DNA from: Bigelowiella natans CCMP2755
Lineage: Eukaryota; Protista; Cercozoa
Length of the DNA: 64,000 bases
Direction of reading: 5' to 3'
Assembly: GCA_000320545.1 (NCBI GenBank)
Contig: ADNK01001017.1
Location: 38,945-102,944, forward strand
The notes beneath the pieces were generated by a model, which saw only the letters and a list, made by a program, of their open reading frames with translations, did no database searches and had not been told where the DNA came from. Below, one piece after another: positions 1 to 21,589 of this stretch; positions within the stretch are counted from its first letter, which is position 1; every line of letters starts with the position of its first letter. The translations under genes and the position numbers were made by a program.

Positions 1-771
1 AGGAAGAAGAAGAAGACGGAAGAAAACATATGTTGCTTCTATGAATGATACCCAGGATATCGATTCAACAGTAGTAGTAGTAGTAGTAGTAATAGGAATT
101 TTACTGTTCGTTTCACAAACGATCTCTACATTTTTCTGTTATTTCTCTCAGAATGATTAGTACTCCGGTGATCATCAGTATGGCACCATGATGACATCGT
201 CTATTTTAACATCGAATGACTGCTGCCGCAGCTTCTACTTGCTCTAACCCATCTCGCCAGTATTCCAGTTTGCAAGTTGAACCAATGCCAGGAAGCCAAC
301 TTAACCAAGTCCATCTGTAAGGAATAGTAGTAGTAGTAGTAGTAATAGTGCTTTTCCTTTATCCCTCGGGAATAGTGTGTAAGAGATTGTGTGAAATACC
401 TTATGAAGAAGCATTGCCTCAAGCATCCGCTCAATGTAGCGTGGGGAGTACAGATCATCATCATCGAAGGTTACAATTACCTCCCCTGAGGCCATTTGGA
501 TACCCAAATTGCGCTTCTCTCCTACAGAAACCGTGAGCCCCTTGTTCACTTGAATGTATCGGAGGCGAGACTCTTGGGTAGCTATCTTAGAAGACTTGAA
601 AAATGGGCTTGGTTTTCCAGAATCATCGATAACGATCAATTCAACTGGATCAAATGTTTGATACACGAAACATCGGAAAATTCTGGGGTGAAAGTGATGT
701 CTTTTAGCACTTGTCGGGAGCACAACGCTAACCGTAGGTCGTTCCCTTTGAAAGACTACAGCACTGATCAT
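1..771 (-). CDS. Glycosyltransferase family 2 (GT-A fold) protein, spliced; true 5' end and 3' end not resolved
   Basis: Translation PTVSVVLPT...ELIVIDDS...SVGEKRNLGIQMASGEVIVTFDDDDLYSPRYI has the GT2 N-terminal strand, GxKRNxG and DxD motifs. A phase-0 GT-AG intron (399-315) joins LHK to MDLVKLASWHWFNL. Confidence 0.85.
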
Positions 772-889
772 TCAAATAAAAAGAGAAGTTTGATGAGAAG
801 TGAGAAGAGAAGGAGTGGAGAGCAGGATGAGGATGAAGGAGGAGGGGGCGGGGAGAGGGAGGGGAGAAGAGGAAAGAGAAGTTGGAGAA

Positions 890-1870
890 GTGACTGATGA
901 TGAGCATTTTGGTGACTGACATGAAGAGATTGAACGTCGGAAGATGCATTGTGTGGATGATGCTGAATTTGCATGTGATCACTGCATCAAACACAACCTA
1001 ATAGGAGTGCTGAGTGTTGCGAATAGAAGGAGAAATCCAATTGATTGTCTTGTCATTTGTGAAGCTCCTGGAAGCTAGGCCATCATCTAGATCATTGCCA
1101 CCATCGTGCTTCCTCCTCCTCCTCCTCGTGCTTCTGCATCACCATCACAACGCAAATGTCGACGTTTTGGATGATGCGACAACAAAGTGCAGCTTACGAC
1201 ACCGACCATTTGACGTAGTGCGGCAACAAATGACATCTAGCAATCGGCAATTTGATACTGTGCGACAACAGATGCTCAATTCAATTCGTTCATGTGTGTC
1301 ACACGTCCACCCACCTGTTTGACAATTGCTGTTTGAGGCACATCCGTGCCAATGGCACACCTTGTTGGAATGTTGAAGTGGATGCGAATCCTGAATCTTG
1401 AATCTTGTGCCGTGGACCTAGTGCCCGTGCGCTTCAGCCCTCGTCCTGCTAGTCCCCTGTTTGAGGCACGCTAGCACGTTCCCTTCCGACGCCAATGTGT
1501 TCCGAAGGCTCCAAGATGAGTGAACGAACGAACGAATGAATGAATGATGCGATTCCAATGAGGGCATCTGAAAGGATCATCGGAGTGCACTAATTCATCC
1601 AAATCCTTCCCAGTCAGCATGCCACACTAGAAAAATTGAGGGTCAGTGCAGTGGACGAATCAAACCCTGTAGCTGTGATTCATGCAAGATTGTGTCCATT
1701 CGGCATTCCAATTCGATCACTCGGTCCAGACAGCAGATTCAAGATTTCCTGCGCAACATTTGAAATTTCTCCATTATCACAATGCGACAATCAAATTTTG
1801 CAAATCGAAGATGAAAATCGCCCAAAAAAACAACTACTAATTTCCTCGACATGCATTGTGAAATCTCATT
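890..1870. repeat. TpA-depleted island, probably degraded repeat or duplicated DNA
   Basis: Few TA dinucleotides, many of the survivors in CTAG; excess TG/CA. Internal repeats: ctgtttgaggcac at ~1329 and ~1457, and a ~42-bp tandem at ~1210-1280. Confidence 0.6.
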
Positions 1871-1937
1871 TGTGAAAGCCTACGTCTACACCTTGTCCTC
1901 GCAGAAGGTGACGGCTACACTCGCACAACGATCTACC

Positions 1938-3373
1938 ATGGCGGAATCTTCTACCCCTGAAAAGCAGCAACCAAATGATGCTCCTCCTGGCACTGAAATG
2001 CAAAAAACTGTGGCCTCCTCGGAAAAGCAAGTAGACCGTCAAAGCGCCTCCTCACCGGCAACTAGTCAATCTTCGAGCGGTAGTAACGAAGAAGGGGGTG
2101 ATGAAAAGGAGGCAGCAGGATACTCAGGTGGTCCAGGAAGTGACGGATTAATGGAACCATCGGAAAACGTATACTTCTGGGGAGTTCCATCAAATTTCAC
2201 CGAGTTCGAAATGAACCTCCTCGTTTTTGCAGCCGGCGATGTAACAATTGATAAGAATATGATGTGTCCATGGTCATCTTTCGTTGTTCTTTTGATCATC
2301 TTATTATATTCCCTGCTACTATACTATTGATACTACTGCTATCTGTTATTGTTGTAGTACTATCCCTTGAGGAATTTACGAAGATTCTATTTTCTGAAGG
2401 AGTAGCAGTAGTAGTTGTAGTAGGGATAGTAGTGGTAGTAGTAGAAGTAGTAGCAGTACTTAAACCTATCCGCAAGGCCTAACTCCTCATTTTCCTAAAT
2501 TCCTTCATTAGTAGCGAACACATTATTTGTCTACGAATAGAAAAATACTGCATTCATATGCGACTACTAAATTTTGAAGGTTGTTTCTGTGAAAATGGGC
2601 CACGCAAATGGCAAACCAAATACATACGCATTTGTTCAATTCAAGAAGCAGGTATCATAGTATATTCCATGTTTATCATTCATATACAATTAAACATTTG
2701 ACCTCAGCAGATGTGTGCTTTCGACAGTTCCATGTGTGTGTGTGTGTGGCTATTTGGCATACATATCCTTCAATGGAAATAATGCAAACCATACTTCACA
2801 ATTTATCAGGAAGATGCAGAAGCTGCGATAAAAATGCTGCACAATAGGTAGTAGTAGTAGCAGAAGTAGTATATTTTTTTTTGAAAAGAATATTATTAAG
2901 ACCGATAAAATATTATTGTTGTATATCTTTCCACACAATATTGTGCAGAAAATTCCACTCTCGTAATCTGGTCGTACAATACGCAAAGCCAGCAAAGCTC
3001 GCTACTTCAAGCAATATCAAGAAGAACTCTACCAGCAGTGTTAGTAAGGGCGCTGTGAATACGGTGACACGTACACCTCATCATCATATTGAGAGAGAAA
3101 ATTATCTCGTTTCAAATGGATCAATATTGATGCTGTTACTTATTTATTTGTTATATTTAACTCACCCCCGATTCCGTAGCTCTACTTACTGATGTTGCTT
3201 TTTCCAGGCTATATCAGATCGTAAGATGATTCGACCTCGTGGTGTCTCCTCAACATCACCTGCTGCTATTTATGAAAGCAACAACAACGTCGTGTATACA
3301 CCTGATAATTCCACCATCGGTCATGGCGATGGTGGAACAACTGCAGGAGGAGGAGGAAGCAGCTATATGCCTG

Positions 3374-3404
<31 letters not shown>

Positions 3405-4458
3405 CGGCAATCACCATCCTTATCATCACGTGACAATGGGGGGGGTTACTACTACTACGACTGCCACAGCAGGAGCACCGACAGCTTATCACCATCATCC
3501 TTACCACCACCATCATCAACATTCACCACTCCAGATGCTACCTCCTCCTCCTCCTGCTGGTGGTGGTGGTGGTGGTAGTTCTCCTCCTCCTCCCCATCCT
3601 CGTCCTCAACCTCATCATCATCATCACCACCACCACCAAGTACCTCCTACAGTCCCTCCTACTGCTACTACAACTACTGGAACAACAGCACCACCACACT
3701 ACGTACTACCCATTTACCAAACAAATCCAGCAGCACTAACCCATCATCCTAGCTACCACCCCTCAACGGTACTAGTCTTACTGTGAATTCATCCATCACG
3801 GATGATCTAACGTTGGATATTGCCTTATCTCTTTCTCTCTCTTTCTCTCTTTTTTTTTTTTATCTTCCTTCCCTTTCCAAGCCTACTGGAATGGATGTTG
3901 CATGTATCCTTTACGCTGTTTCGATGTGTTTCGATGTGGGTTATAAGTCTAATTTCTTGTTATCGGCTAATGGATGAAGTTGTTTGTTATTTGGAATCGT
4001 TGCAGCAGCAGCAGCAGCAGCACCAGCAGCAGCTCCAGCAGCAGCTCCAGCAGCAGCTATCGTATGGTCGAATCGGGAGAGGATCAGGTGGTGGTGGCAT
4101 TAATATCACAAATGTAGTTCCTAAGCTTCCTACAAACAACGGGATTGCCCATAGCAGCAGCAGCAACAACATATATATAAGGTAGTCTGTGATGATAATG
4201 ATGATGATTTATGATGATGATGAAAGAGAAGAAAGACACCAGATTTATTGATGTTAAAGATGGTTAAAAAGGTGCTCGAAGAAATGAGAGAGAGTGAGAG
4301 AAAAAGAGGGAAGGGGGAAGGAAAGCATATCTTCTGGAACAAATACCATCTGATTCAATTATTTTTTAATATGGGTTTTGCTGCATGATAGTGGTCTTCC
4401 AGAGAATGTCACAGACAAATCGCTAGAGCAGCTGTTTCTAAAGTAAGAATAAGAAGAA

Positions 4459-4489
<31 letters not shown>

Positions 4490-5399
4490 AGATGGCATCG
4501 TTTCTGCTGCAGTAATTTCACGAGAACAAATTTTCTTCTGCAAATCTAATCGCAAAACTTAGCGGTATTATTGTGTAATTGATTAGATATGGAACAGTGG
4601 TGTCTACCAGAGTGATAATAAATAGAAATACTGGGACACCGCTAGGGACAGCTCTTGTTCGGATGGAGAGCAGCCATCAGGCCGCAGTGGCTATAGGGGA
4701 TCTCAATGGTAAGAAGAAGCATACTAGTAGCACTAGTAAGAGTAATACAAGAGCAAAGGACATCGTAATAAATTCATCATGTGTTTTCTCTTATGATTTG
4801 TATACTGATGCGAAAGCAACACCACCACCACCACTGTGAGATCAACTTATCATGAATCGTCTGTGTGTATCGATGATCATAAATACACAGGCTGTCAGTT
4901 AAACGGGGGCGGTCGTGGGCACATTCTATCATGCAGATTTGCTCATGAGAAGAGAACACCTCCAAGCAGTACCACCAATTTGTACATCAGTGGCCTTCCT
5001 GAGGATGTCACTGAAGGGTCGCTCAAGGTACTACTACTACTATTGTTTTATGATGAGGAGGGAGATTATCGTGAGTAGTCTCCTCAATAGAGAACAGAAG
5101 ATTACTAATGTTTAATAACATTCACCCATACGATTGAGATTGATGTTATTTATATTATTTATTTATTTATTTATTATTAGGAGCTATTTGCAGCCTTTGG
5201 AAACGTGGTTTCGCAGAAAATCATCATCAATCGAAACACAGGAGCGCCATTAGGAACTGCCCTCGTACGAATGGAGACTAATGACCAGGCAAACACGTGC
5301 ATCAGTAATCTTCATGGCTCGAAGGTGTTTCTAATATATTTTGATACATACTTCAATATATGGGGGTATAATATCATATCACGATATATCAACTCTTAT

Positions 5400-5436
<37 letters not shown>

Positions 5437-5572
5437 TATACCTGTGTTCTTATGCTTCTAATATCATTTTATCAACAATTGTGTCATTTTATTCTATTTT
5501 GCAAACTAGATGAATGGGGGAAAGTTTCTTACAGTCCGATTTGCCGCTGACAAGGGAAATAAACACACTTGA
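1938..5572 (+). CDS. RNA-binding protein with three RRM domains (ELAV/Hu-like) and a His/Pro/Gln-rich low-complexity linker
   Basis: Spliced translation gives RRM1 (NVYFWGVP...YAFVQF...NLVVQYAK), RRM2 (NIYISGLPENVT...RVIINRNTGTPLGTALVRM...SCRFA) and RRM3 (NLYISGLPEDVT...KIIINRNTGAPLGTALVRM...LTVRFA). GT-AG introns; ATG 1938, TGA 5570-5572. Confidence 0.85.
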
Positions 5573-5949
5573 TTATTAAAATTTATGACTCATTTCAAAT
5601 TTATAGTGAAGCAGCTGAAAACGAAGAATATTTCTTTGCAATATTAACAAACATCAAGAGTAGCAGCAGCGAAATCTAGAAACGATGAGAGAATTTTATT
5701 AGACGTGCGTGCGAACACCAATATATTATTACGTGTGGAGATACTCATCAAAACATTTATTTCATCGTTTGTTTCTTTCCAATGAAGTGGTAGATATTTA
5801 TTTTTATCAAGAATAGTGTACGCCAGAATCTAATCCTGGATCATTTCGAGTGCTAGTTGCAAGATCATTGACAGGGATACTAAGAATGAGTTCGCGTAGA
5901 TAAATATTTATTGTCAGCACAGCATGTTGGTATTGTGTTATCAAAAGAT

Positions 5950-6330
5950 GATAAGCTTACTAGCTTACTAGCTTATGAAATGAAGAAGAATGCTTTTATT
6001 AGTATAGATGCATAAAGTGTAGCATGCTAGCATGTCGTTTGCATCGCAGTTTATTTACAAAGAATATGTGTGCATTCGCATTCACACGTACTGGCGCGCG
6101 CTAGCTAGCTAGCATGAAGGACATGCTAGCATGTCTAGATGTGACAGCATGCACATCAGCAGCTAGGCATGCTAGGATGGCTAGCTAGCTAGCTAGCTAG
6201 ATCTGCTAGGATGGCTAGATCTAGCTAGCTAGTAAACTAGTAAATCTAGAGGTCCACTATAGCTACTACATGACATGCTTGCGATTCAAACATGCTAGCT
6301 AGCTAGCATGCATGTAAGGTGTCGTACACA
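5950..6330. repeat. CTAG/CATG-rich, TpA-depleted island between convergent genes
   Basis: Runs of (GCTA)n and GCATG; in 6070-6230 nearly every TA lies in CTAG. Shares gcatgctagcatgtcgtt with ~59550. Confidence 0.65.
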
Positions 6331-6454
6331 ATACTAGACTAACTCATTAGGGTACGTACGTAGTAGATATGGAAGGCTGCGGTGGTGCTTTATTTATTGT
6401 CATCGTATATGTAATAACTAGATTAAGCCCAGCGACAAAGCAATGCCATACTCG

Positions 6455-6503
<49 letters not shown>

Positions 6504-6727
6504 ATGTGTATATAATATCTGCAACAACCAGTGAAACTAACTACAGCTACTGAATATATACGATGCACAAAGCTCACAGAAATAAAGCATGCTACCGTAG
6601 TGCATGTGAAAGCTTATTAGACGTTCACAAACGGATGCAACTGGGACATTACTATTTATTTTCTATAATTTACATTTTTCCATCCAAGCTATCAAATTAT
6701 GATATGCACGACGTCATTGATTCTCAT

Positions 6728-9700
6728 CTAGAATGACGGAAGTTCATGGAAAGAAGGATTTCTTCCATATGGAGTTCCATGACGAGTAACGCTCCTCGTT
6801 TTTCGAGAACTATATAGAACAAATTCCATAATCATAAGCTTACTTACAGGAAATTGAGATGATATCTATAAGGTCATTATGTGTATTATTACTATACCTG
6901 TATCTCCGATGTGCAGTATTAGCTGCTGGCTGCTGAACCTCTTCCGGTGATGAAGGAGAATGATCAAAATTTAATCGTCGCACGGGAGGTGATTCTTCGA
7001 AATTACTTATTGATTGGACTACTTGTGGTTTTAAGCCTAGAGCAACACTAAAAACCCATGTAAGTGCTCCTGCGACGACAATGGCGGTAGTAATGGAAAC
7101 TGCGATTAGTTTCAGAGTCATACTGTGAGAATGATGACGACGATGATGATGATGATTGTCATTATTCGATAAATCTTTAGGATCTTCGGGTGAGTCAATA
7201 GCACCCAATTCTTGGTTTCCAATTGTTGTCTCAACAAAAACAGCTTCCGACTCTTCTCGTGAGCTTGCCTTCATATTATTATTCGGTAACAATGGTCGGG
7301 TATCATGAACAAAGTGTTCTCCCCTCTCGTCATTATCGTTCGTAGTATGGACAACCATCTTCACGGTTGGATTATTAGGGTCACCACTCACAAGAAAGGT
7401 AACAATTTCGGGTTTTGGCGGATCAATGATTTTTGCATCTTGGAATTCTTCTCCTCTGATCTCTAATTGTGTGGTTGTGGCGGAATCCTTTTCCACTTCA
7501 AGATCTTGTTCTGGAACTTCCTCCTCCTCTTCCTCATTTTCTTGGTCTTTCTTTGACTGGGCAAATTCTGTTTGCTTTACATGAAGAATTTCAGGCTGGA
7601 TAACACCCACTTCCTGCAAACTGCTATTTAACACAATACCATTTTCAACACTAGCTGCTTGATAGCTTGATTCCGCGATGGAAACCTCTTTCGGGCATTG
7701 TTGATCATTCAAATGATTTGTAGTTGACAAGTTGTTTATCATGCTTGTCGACATAAGGAAAAGCTTTCCCTTTATCGAGTCCTCATCAAATGAGACGACG
7801 TGCTTCACAGCGCCATTAATTACGTACTCATGTGTGCCCTCGTCGAGTGTAGAAAACATTTCTGATTCAATAAGAGAAGAATCTACGGGACAAGTTTCTC
7901 CCAGCAATGTGAACAACGATGATGACTGTTGCTGCGAACATGTAGTGGGAGTAGTAATAGGATCTTGAACAAGAATATGCTGCTGCTTTCCCACCATTCC
8001 AGTTTCTTCACCAGCAAATAATATGATGTATATAAAGATTATTAAAGGAACAAACATAAAAAATTTCCCCTTTGTCGTCCTTCGTGCAAAGTACTGCTGT
8101 GCCGGAAGCAACTTAGCAAAAATGTTGTTCCCCTTTTCCGGAGTGCAGTCAATAGAAATGTTCTAAAGATAAAAATAACAAATTTGAGAAGATTCCTACC
8201 GAATTGGTATGAACTGGGAATAGCTAAATAAATTACCCCAGGAGTAGGCCACGAAGATATCGGAATTCTCTTGGAGACATAGACTGGAGATTGAAAATCT
8301 AGCATATCTGAAGTTGCTGTTGCAGAAATTTCTTGAGCTGGTTTTTTGATATCTGGAGTCTTTGGGGTTATCATTCGGTACCCTGATGAATAAGAAGGTT
8401 AGCTTCTTTCGTGTTCCTCGAGATCAGATTATTCTTAACTTGAACAACCTGTCGAAACTGAATGAGTTTTATCCGTCTTACTTCCCAAGCTATCGCCATT
8501 AGAGACTGCTGTTGCTGCTGCTGCTGCTGTCAGTGTGGTCTGAGCAATAGTATCTTCACGATGATTTTTTGGGCTGGGTTGCAACACATCCTAAAACAAA
8601 AGAAAGTTATAAACGGGGGGAAGTAAAATGCTGCTTCCAAGGAAGAGGACCTGAAAAATGCTGTTCTCTCCGTTGCTAATATCTTTGAAAACTTCTTCCA
8701 TCTGAGTACCAAGGCTTGCATTCTTGAGACGACGAGAATTTTCCATATTAACCAAGTCGGAATTAGATAGAGCGACATCATCATCTCCGAATGAGAAGCT
8801 ATCAATATCAAGCGCCTGGTTACTAATTGATGATTTTCCAACGATGGGCTCTGTATTTCTGCTTGAATCATCACTAAAAAGACGTCGAAGATGGGGTTCA
8901 CGTGGGGAAGATTTTATCAATTCAGTGAGGGCAGTTTTGGGGGACGGGATAGGCTTGTTTCCTATCTCTTGGAAAAGAGGACAAAGTGGTGGGTTCTTCG
9001 AAGCTTTCGAAGCTTGGGTCTCCTGATCCATAAAACAAAAACGACCCGTTTCATTAGATATCGATATGTGGATTTCTCTTAAAATTTCTGCCATTACCAT
9101 TCCAATTTTCTTGGGTTCCATTTGCTTTACAGCCTGCTTTTGTTTTGTGATATCAACCTTCATAAAAATAAAGACGAATAAAAATATATACAAAGTACTA
9201 TAAACTGAAATTATCAACTTTTCCACGCGTGCAAGCAGAGCAATTGTTCCGAGATGGAGTCGAGTTTCCCTTGAGAATACGAGAACTGCGCTGTTTCTTC
9301 AGAAAATTTCGAAAATTTGCTCTTTTATTGCCCTTAGATTTTTTTTCAGGTCGTTCCCGAGCCATTTGACGGCGTACAGGAGGACTGAGCATGCTGTAAA
9401 CCTCGGACGCAAGGCGGGGATACCTTAAATGGATATAGAAATTAGCAGGTGCTTTTCATTTTATTATTACTTTTTATTACTTTCTCTTATAGATTTTGAA
9501 GAGCATTCTCGCATTGTTTCTGACTGAGAGAGCTGCGGCCGAGAGATGATTTTTAATAGATGGAACAAGTTTTTTCGAAAATTGTACAAGATCCTCTTGC
9601 GGCCATTTTTCAAGGGACAAGGAAATACACTTTATGCAAGTGCTTCTGATTCGTGGATGGCGTTCACCCTGGTGAATCAACAAACAATATTTTGTGAATT

Positions 9701-10292
9701 GGAAGGATTCTTTCGTAATGTCAGCAAGCGCTTACATCTGCTCTTGCGATAAGTTTCTCAAGAGTCTTTGGAAGAATATACTTCATAATAGAAGTAAGAC
9801 ACTTCTCTCCAGCAGCTGCCATGCATTTAGTTGTCTGTAATGATAAAATATGTTATGAGGAAAGATACTTTGCTTCGCCTGAGGTTATGTTTTACCTGTC
9901 CCGTGAGTACGCATAAGGAATCGGTAAGATCGCTGACAAATTCGTCAGATAGACCCTTTACGCGATTAACTAGGACTGAAATAGTTTCGCAAACTTCGAT
10001 AATAATTTTGGAACGAATTTCTGTAAGCTGAGTCTGAATGGGTCCTGTGTTTTAAAAAGTTATTTGAATAATAAGATGGGCATCGAATCAGGCCATTTAA
10101 TTTCTTTCAAATTTCTTCAATATTTACTTCTTTAATATTAGAGGTTACCAACAATCTCCGGGAGAATTCTTTCTTCCCACTCATCGGCAGTGAACATACA
10201 GTTTTTTTGGTCTGCCATTGCACGTAATGATTCCAAAGCATCACTCCTAATAACACACACACGCACACACATACACACACCTACATTTATAT

Positions 10293-10372
<80 letters not shown>

Positions 10373-11030
10373 ACATATGTAGGTGTGTGTGGAAAATAAA
10401 TGGTACGGTTTAAACGAATGCAGTTCACCTGTCCTTCCAATTTGTTTTTTTGGTAAACAAAACGGCTTTAATTTGATTCACTTGCATGAGGACACGCTCT
10501 GGCAATGGGGTTGACAGAGGCGATTCATAACTTCTTAAAGTAGTGGGAGTGACTAGATGGGAAGGTATGCTGTCACCAAGGGGGGGCAGTGGTGAAGGTG
10601 TTTTCAAAGTTTTCTTGGTATAACAGTTCTTCCTTCCTGAACTCATTCGAGATTTTAAGGAAGTCGGAATTTTTGATGGTGGCGGTGTCATTCCGAATGG
10701 TTGCTTCGTGACTCCTTTTTGGTTACTCTTTCTATTCCTGGGCACAGCATTCTCTTTGTCATTCTTATCCATCGAAAGGCCATTACCTGAAGTTGGTATA
10801 AAGTTGTCAAAAGTTACACATGAGAATCGTTTGTGTCTCTGACTTACCTCTCTCGGTGTTTCCCTTGTGCGAAGCAAAAACGTTGACTTGAGCACTATTG
10901 AATAGCATGTTTGTAGATATTTGAAAGGGGTTGCTCACGGGAGCTCCACTTTCGGATGAAAGGACTGTATGTAGTTCTTGCGTTTGGGGTGTGGGAAGAC
11001 AATTCCGGTTGGTGAGTCGAGTCCAACTAC
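6728..11030 (-). CDS. CLASP-N/TOG (HEAT-repeat) domain protein with a long disordered region and two predicted C-terminal transmembrane helices; 5' end uncertain
   Basis: Exons give NWKDR|SDALESL...QLTEIRSKIIIEVCETI...ERHPRIRSTCIKCI...LSAAALSVRNNARMLF...YSMLSPPVRRQM, which resembles CLASP_N. GT-AG introns link in frame through the 8591-9226 and 6840-8111 ORFs to a last exon ending HELPSF* (6728). Hydrophobic stretches FFMFVPLIIFIYIILFA and LIAVSITTAIVVAGALTWVFSVALGL. Confidence 0.65.
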
Positions 11031-11831
11031 CTATAATAATTTTGTTCTAATTCAAGGCGATTTCAAGGAAAAATGTCTCTCCGTTCGCAAATTATCGAAC
11101 AATCCGTGGATCCTCGCCAATTTAAATTTTCGGTCTCGAATTTTTACATGAAAATTTTCCTTTCTTTGCCAACGGATAGATCCAAACACGATGAACTTTC
11201 TCGGCAAAAGTGGAGTTTGATTTTCAGAGGGAGATTCAAGGAGATCTCCAACGGATCTCTGTCCGCTTTTCTGACAGCTAGAGTATACAGATCTACTGAT
11301 CGATCTGAGATGATCTGATTAAAAAACACAATATGTAACTGGTGGTGAGTGAAGGCAAGTTGACTTAATTTTATTATTGTAACAACTATTTTAATATTCT
11401 ACCAATTAGACATATATTTAAGCACGTAATATCTTAATATTCTGCACTAGATCTACATTTTAAGAAAAAGTAGAACATTAAAACATTAAAAAGCGGGAAG
11501 AAACAGGAGGAGGAGGACGCTCTCGTTTAAAAATACAAACAATTGAGGAGGAGCATTGCTAGAATTCAAAAGGTGCTCTCCATCATCATTCATTCATTAT
11601 CATCGTCATCACTGGTCACCATAATGCCTAACATTGATGTAATAGAGCGATAGATGAGATCTGCTTTGTACAATAGATACAAATACCTTTTGAGCCTACA
11701 ACCCTTCCAAATCTCAGATTTAGTCGCTGCTTATTGAAGTATCCCCACACAATTTTCTGAAAATGTCATCCTCGAAATCTCAGAATTAGTCACTGCTTAT
11801 TGAAGTAGTATCCCGACGCAATTTTCTAAAG

Positions 11832-21316
<9,485 letters not shown>

Positions 21317-21589
21317 CTTGAATAATCAGCAGGATAAGATGCAATTCAATTGCATGATGATCTCTTTCCAACACGATATATCGATCAGGTGTTGTTCGGC
21401 ATTTAGAATACAAATGGGACCCTAAAGAAGAAAAAGAAGAAGGAGAAGAAGAAGTAGTACAGGAACAAAAAGAAGAAAATGCAGAAAAAATAGCTTCATG
21501 CTTAAGAAATGATCTTGAAAATGATGCAAAGCCATCAGAAGTTGAAAACAAATCCGCGGCTGACGAGCAAGGGAAGGGAGAAAGCGATG

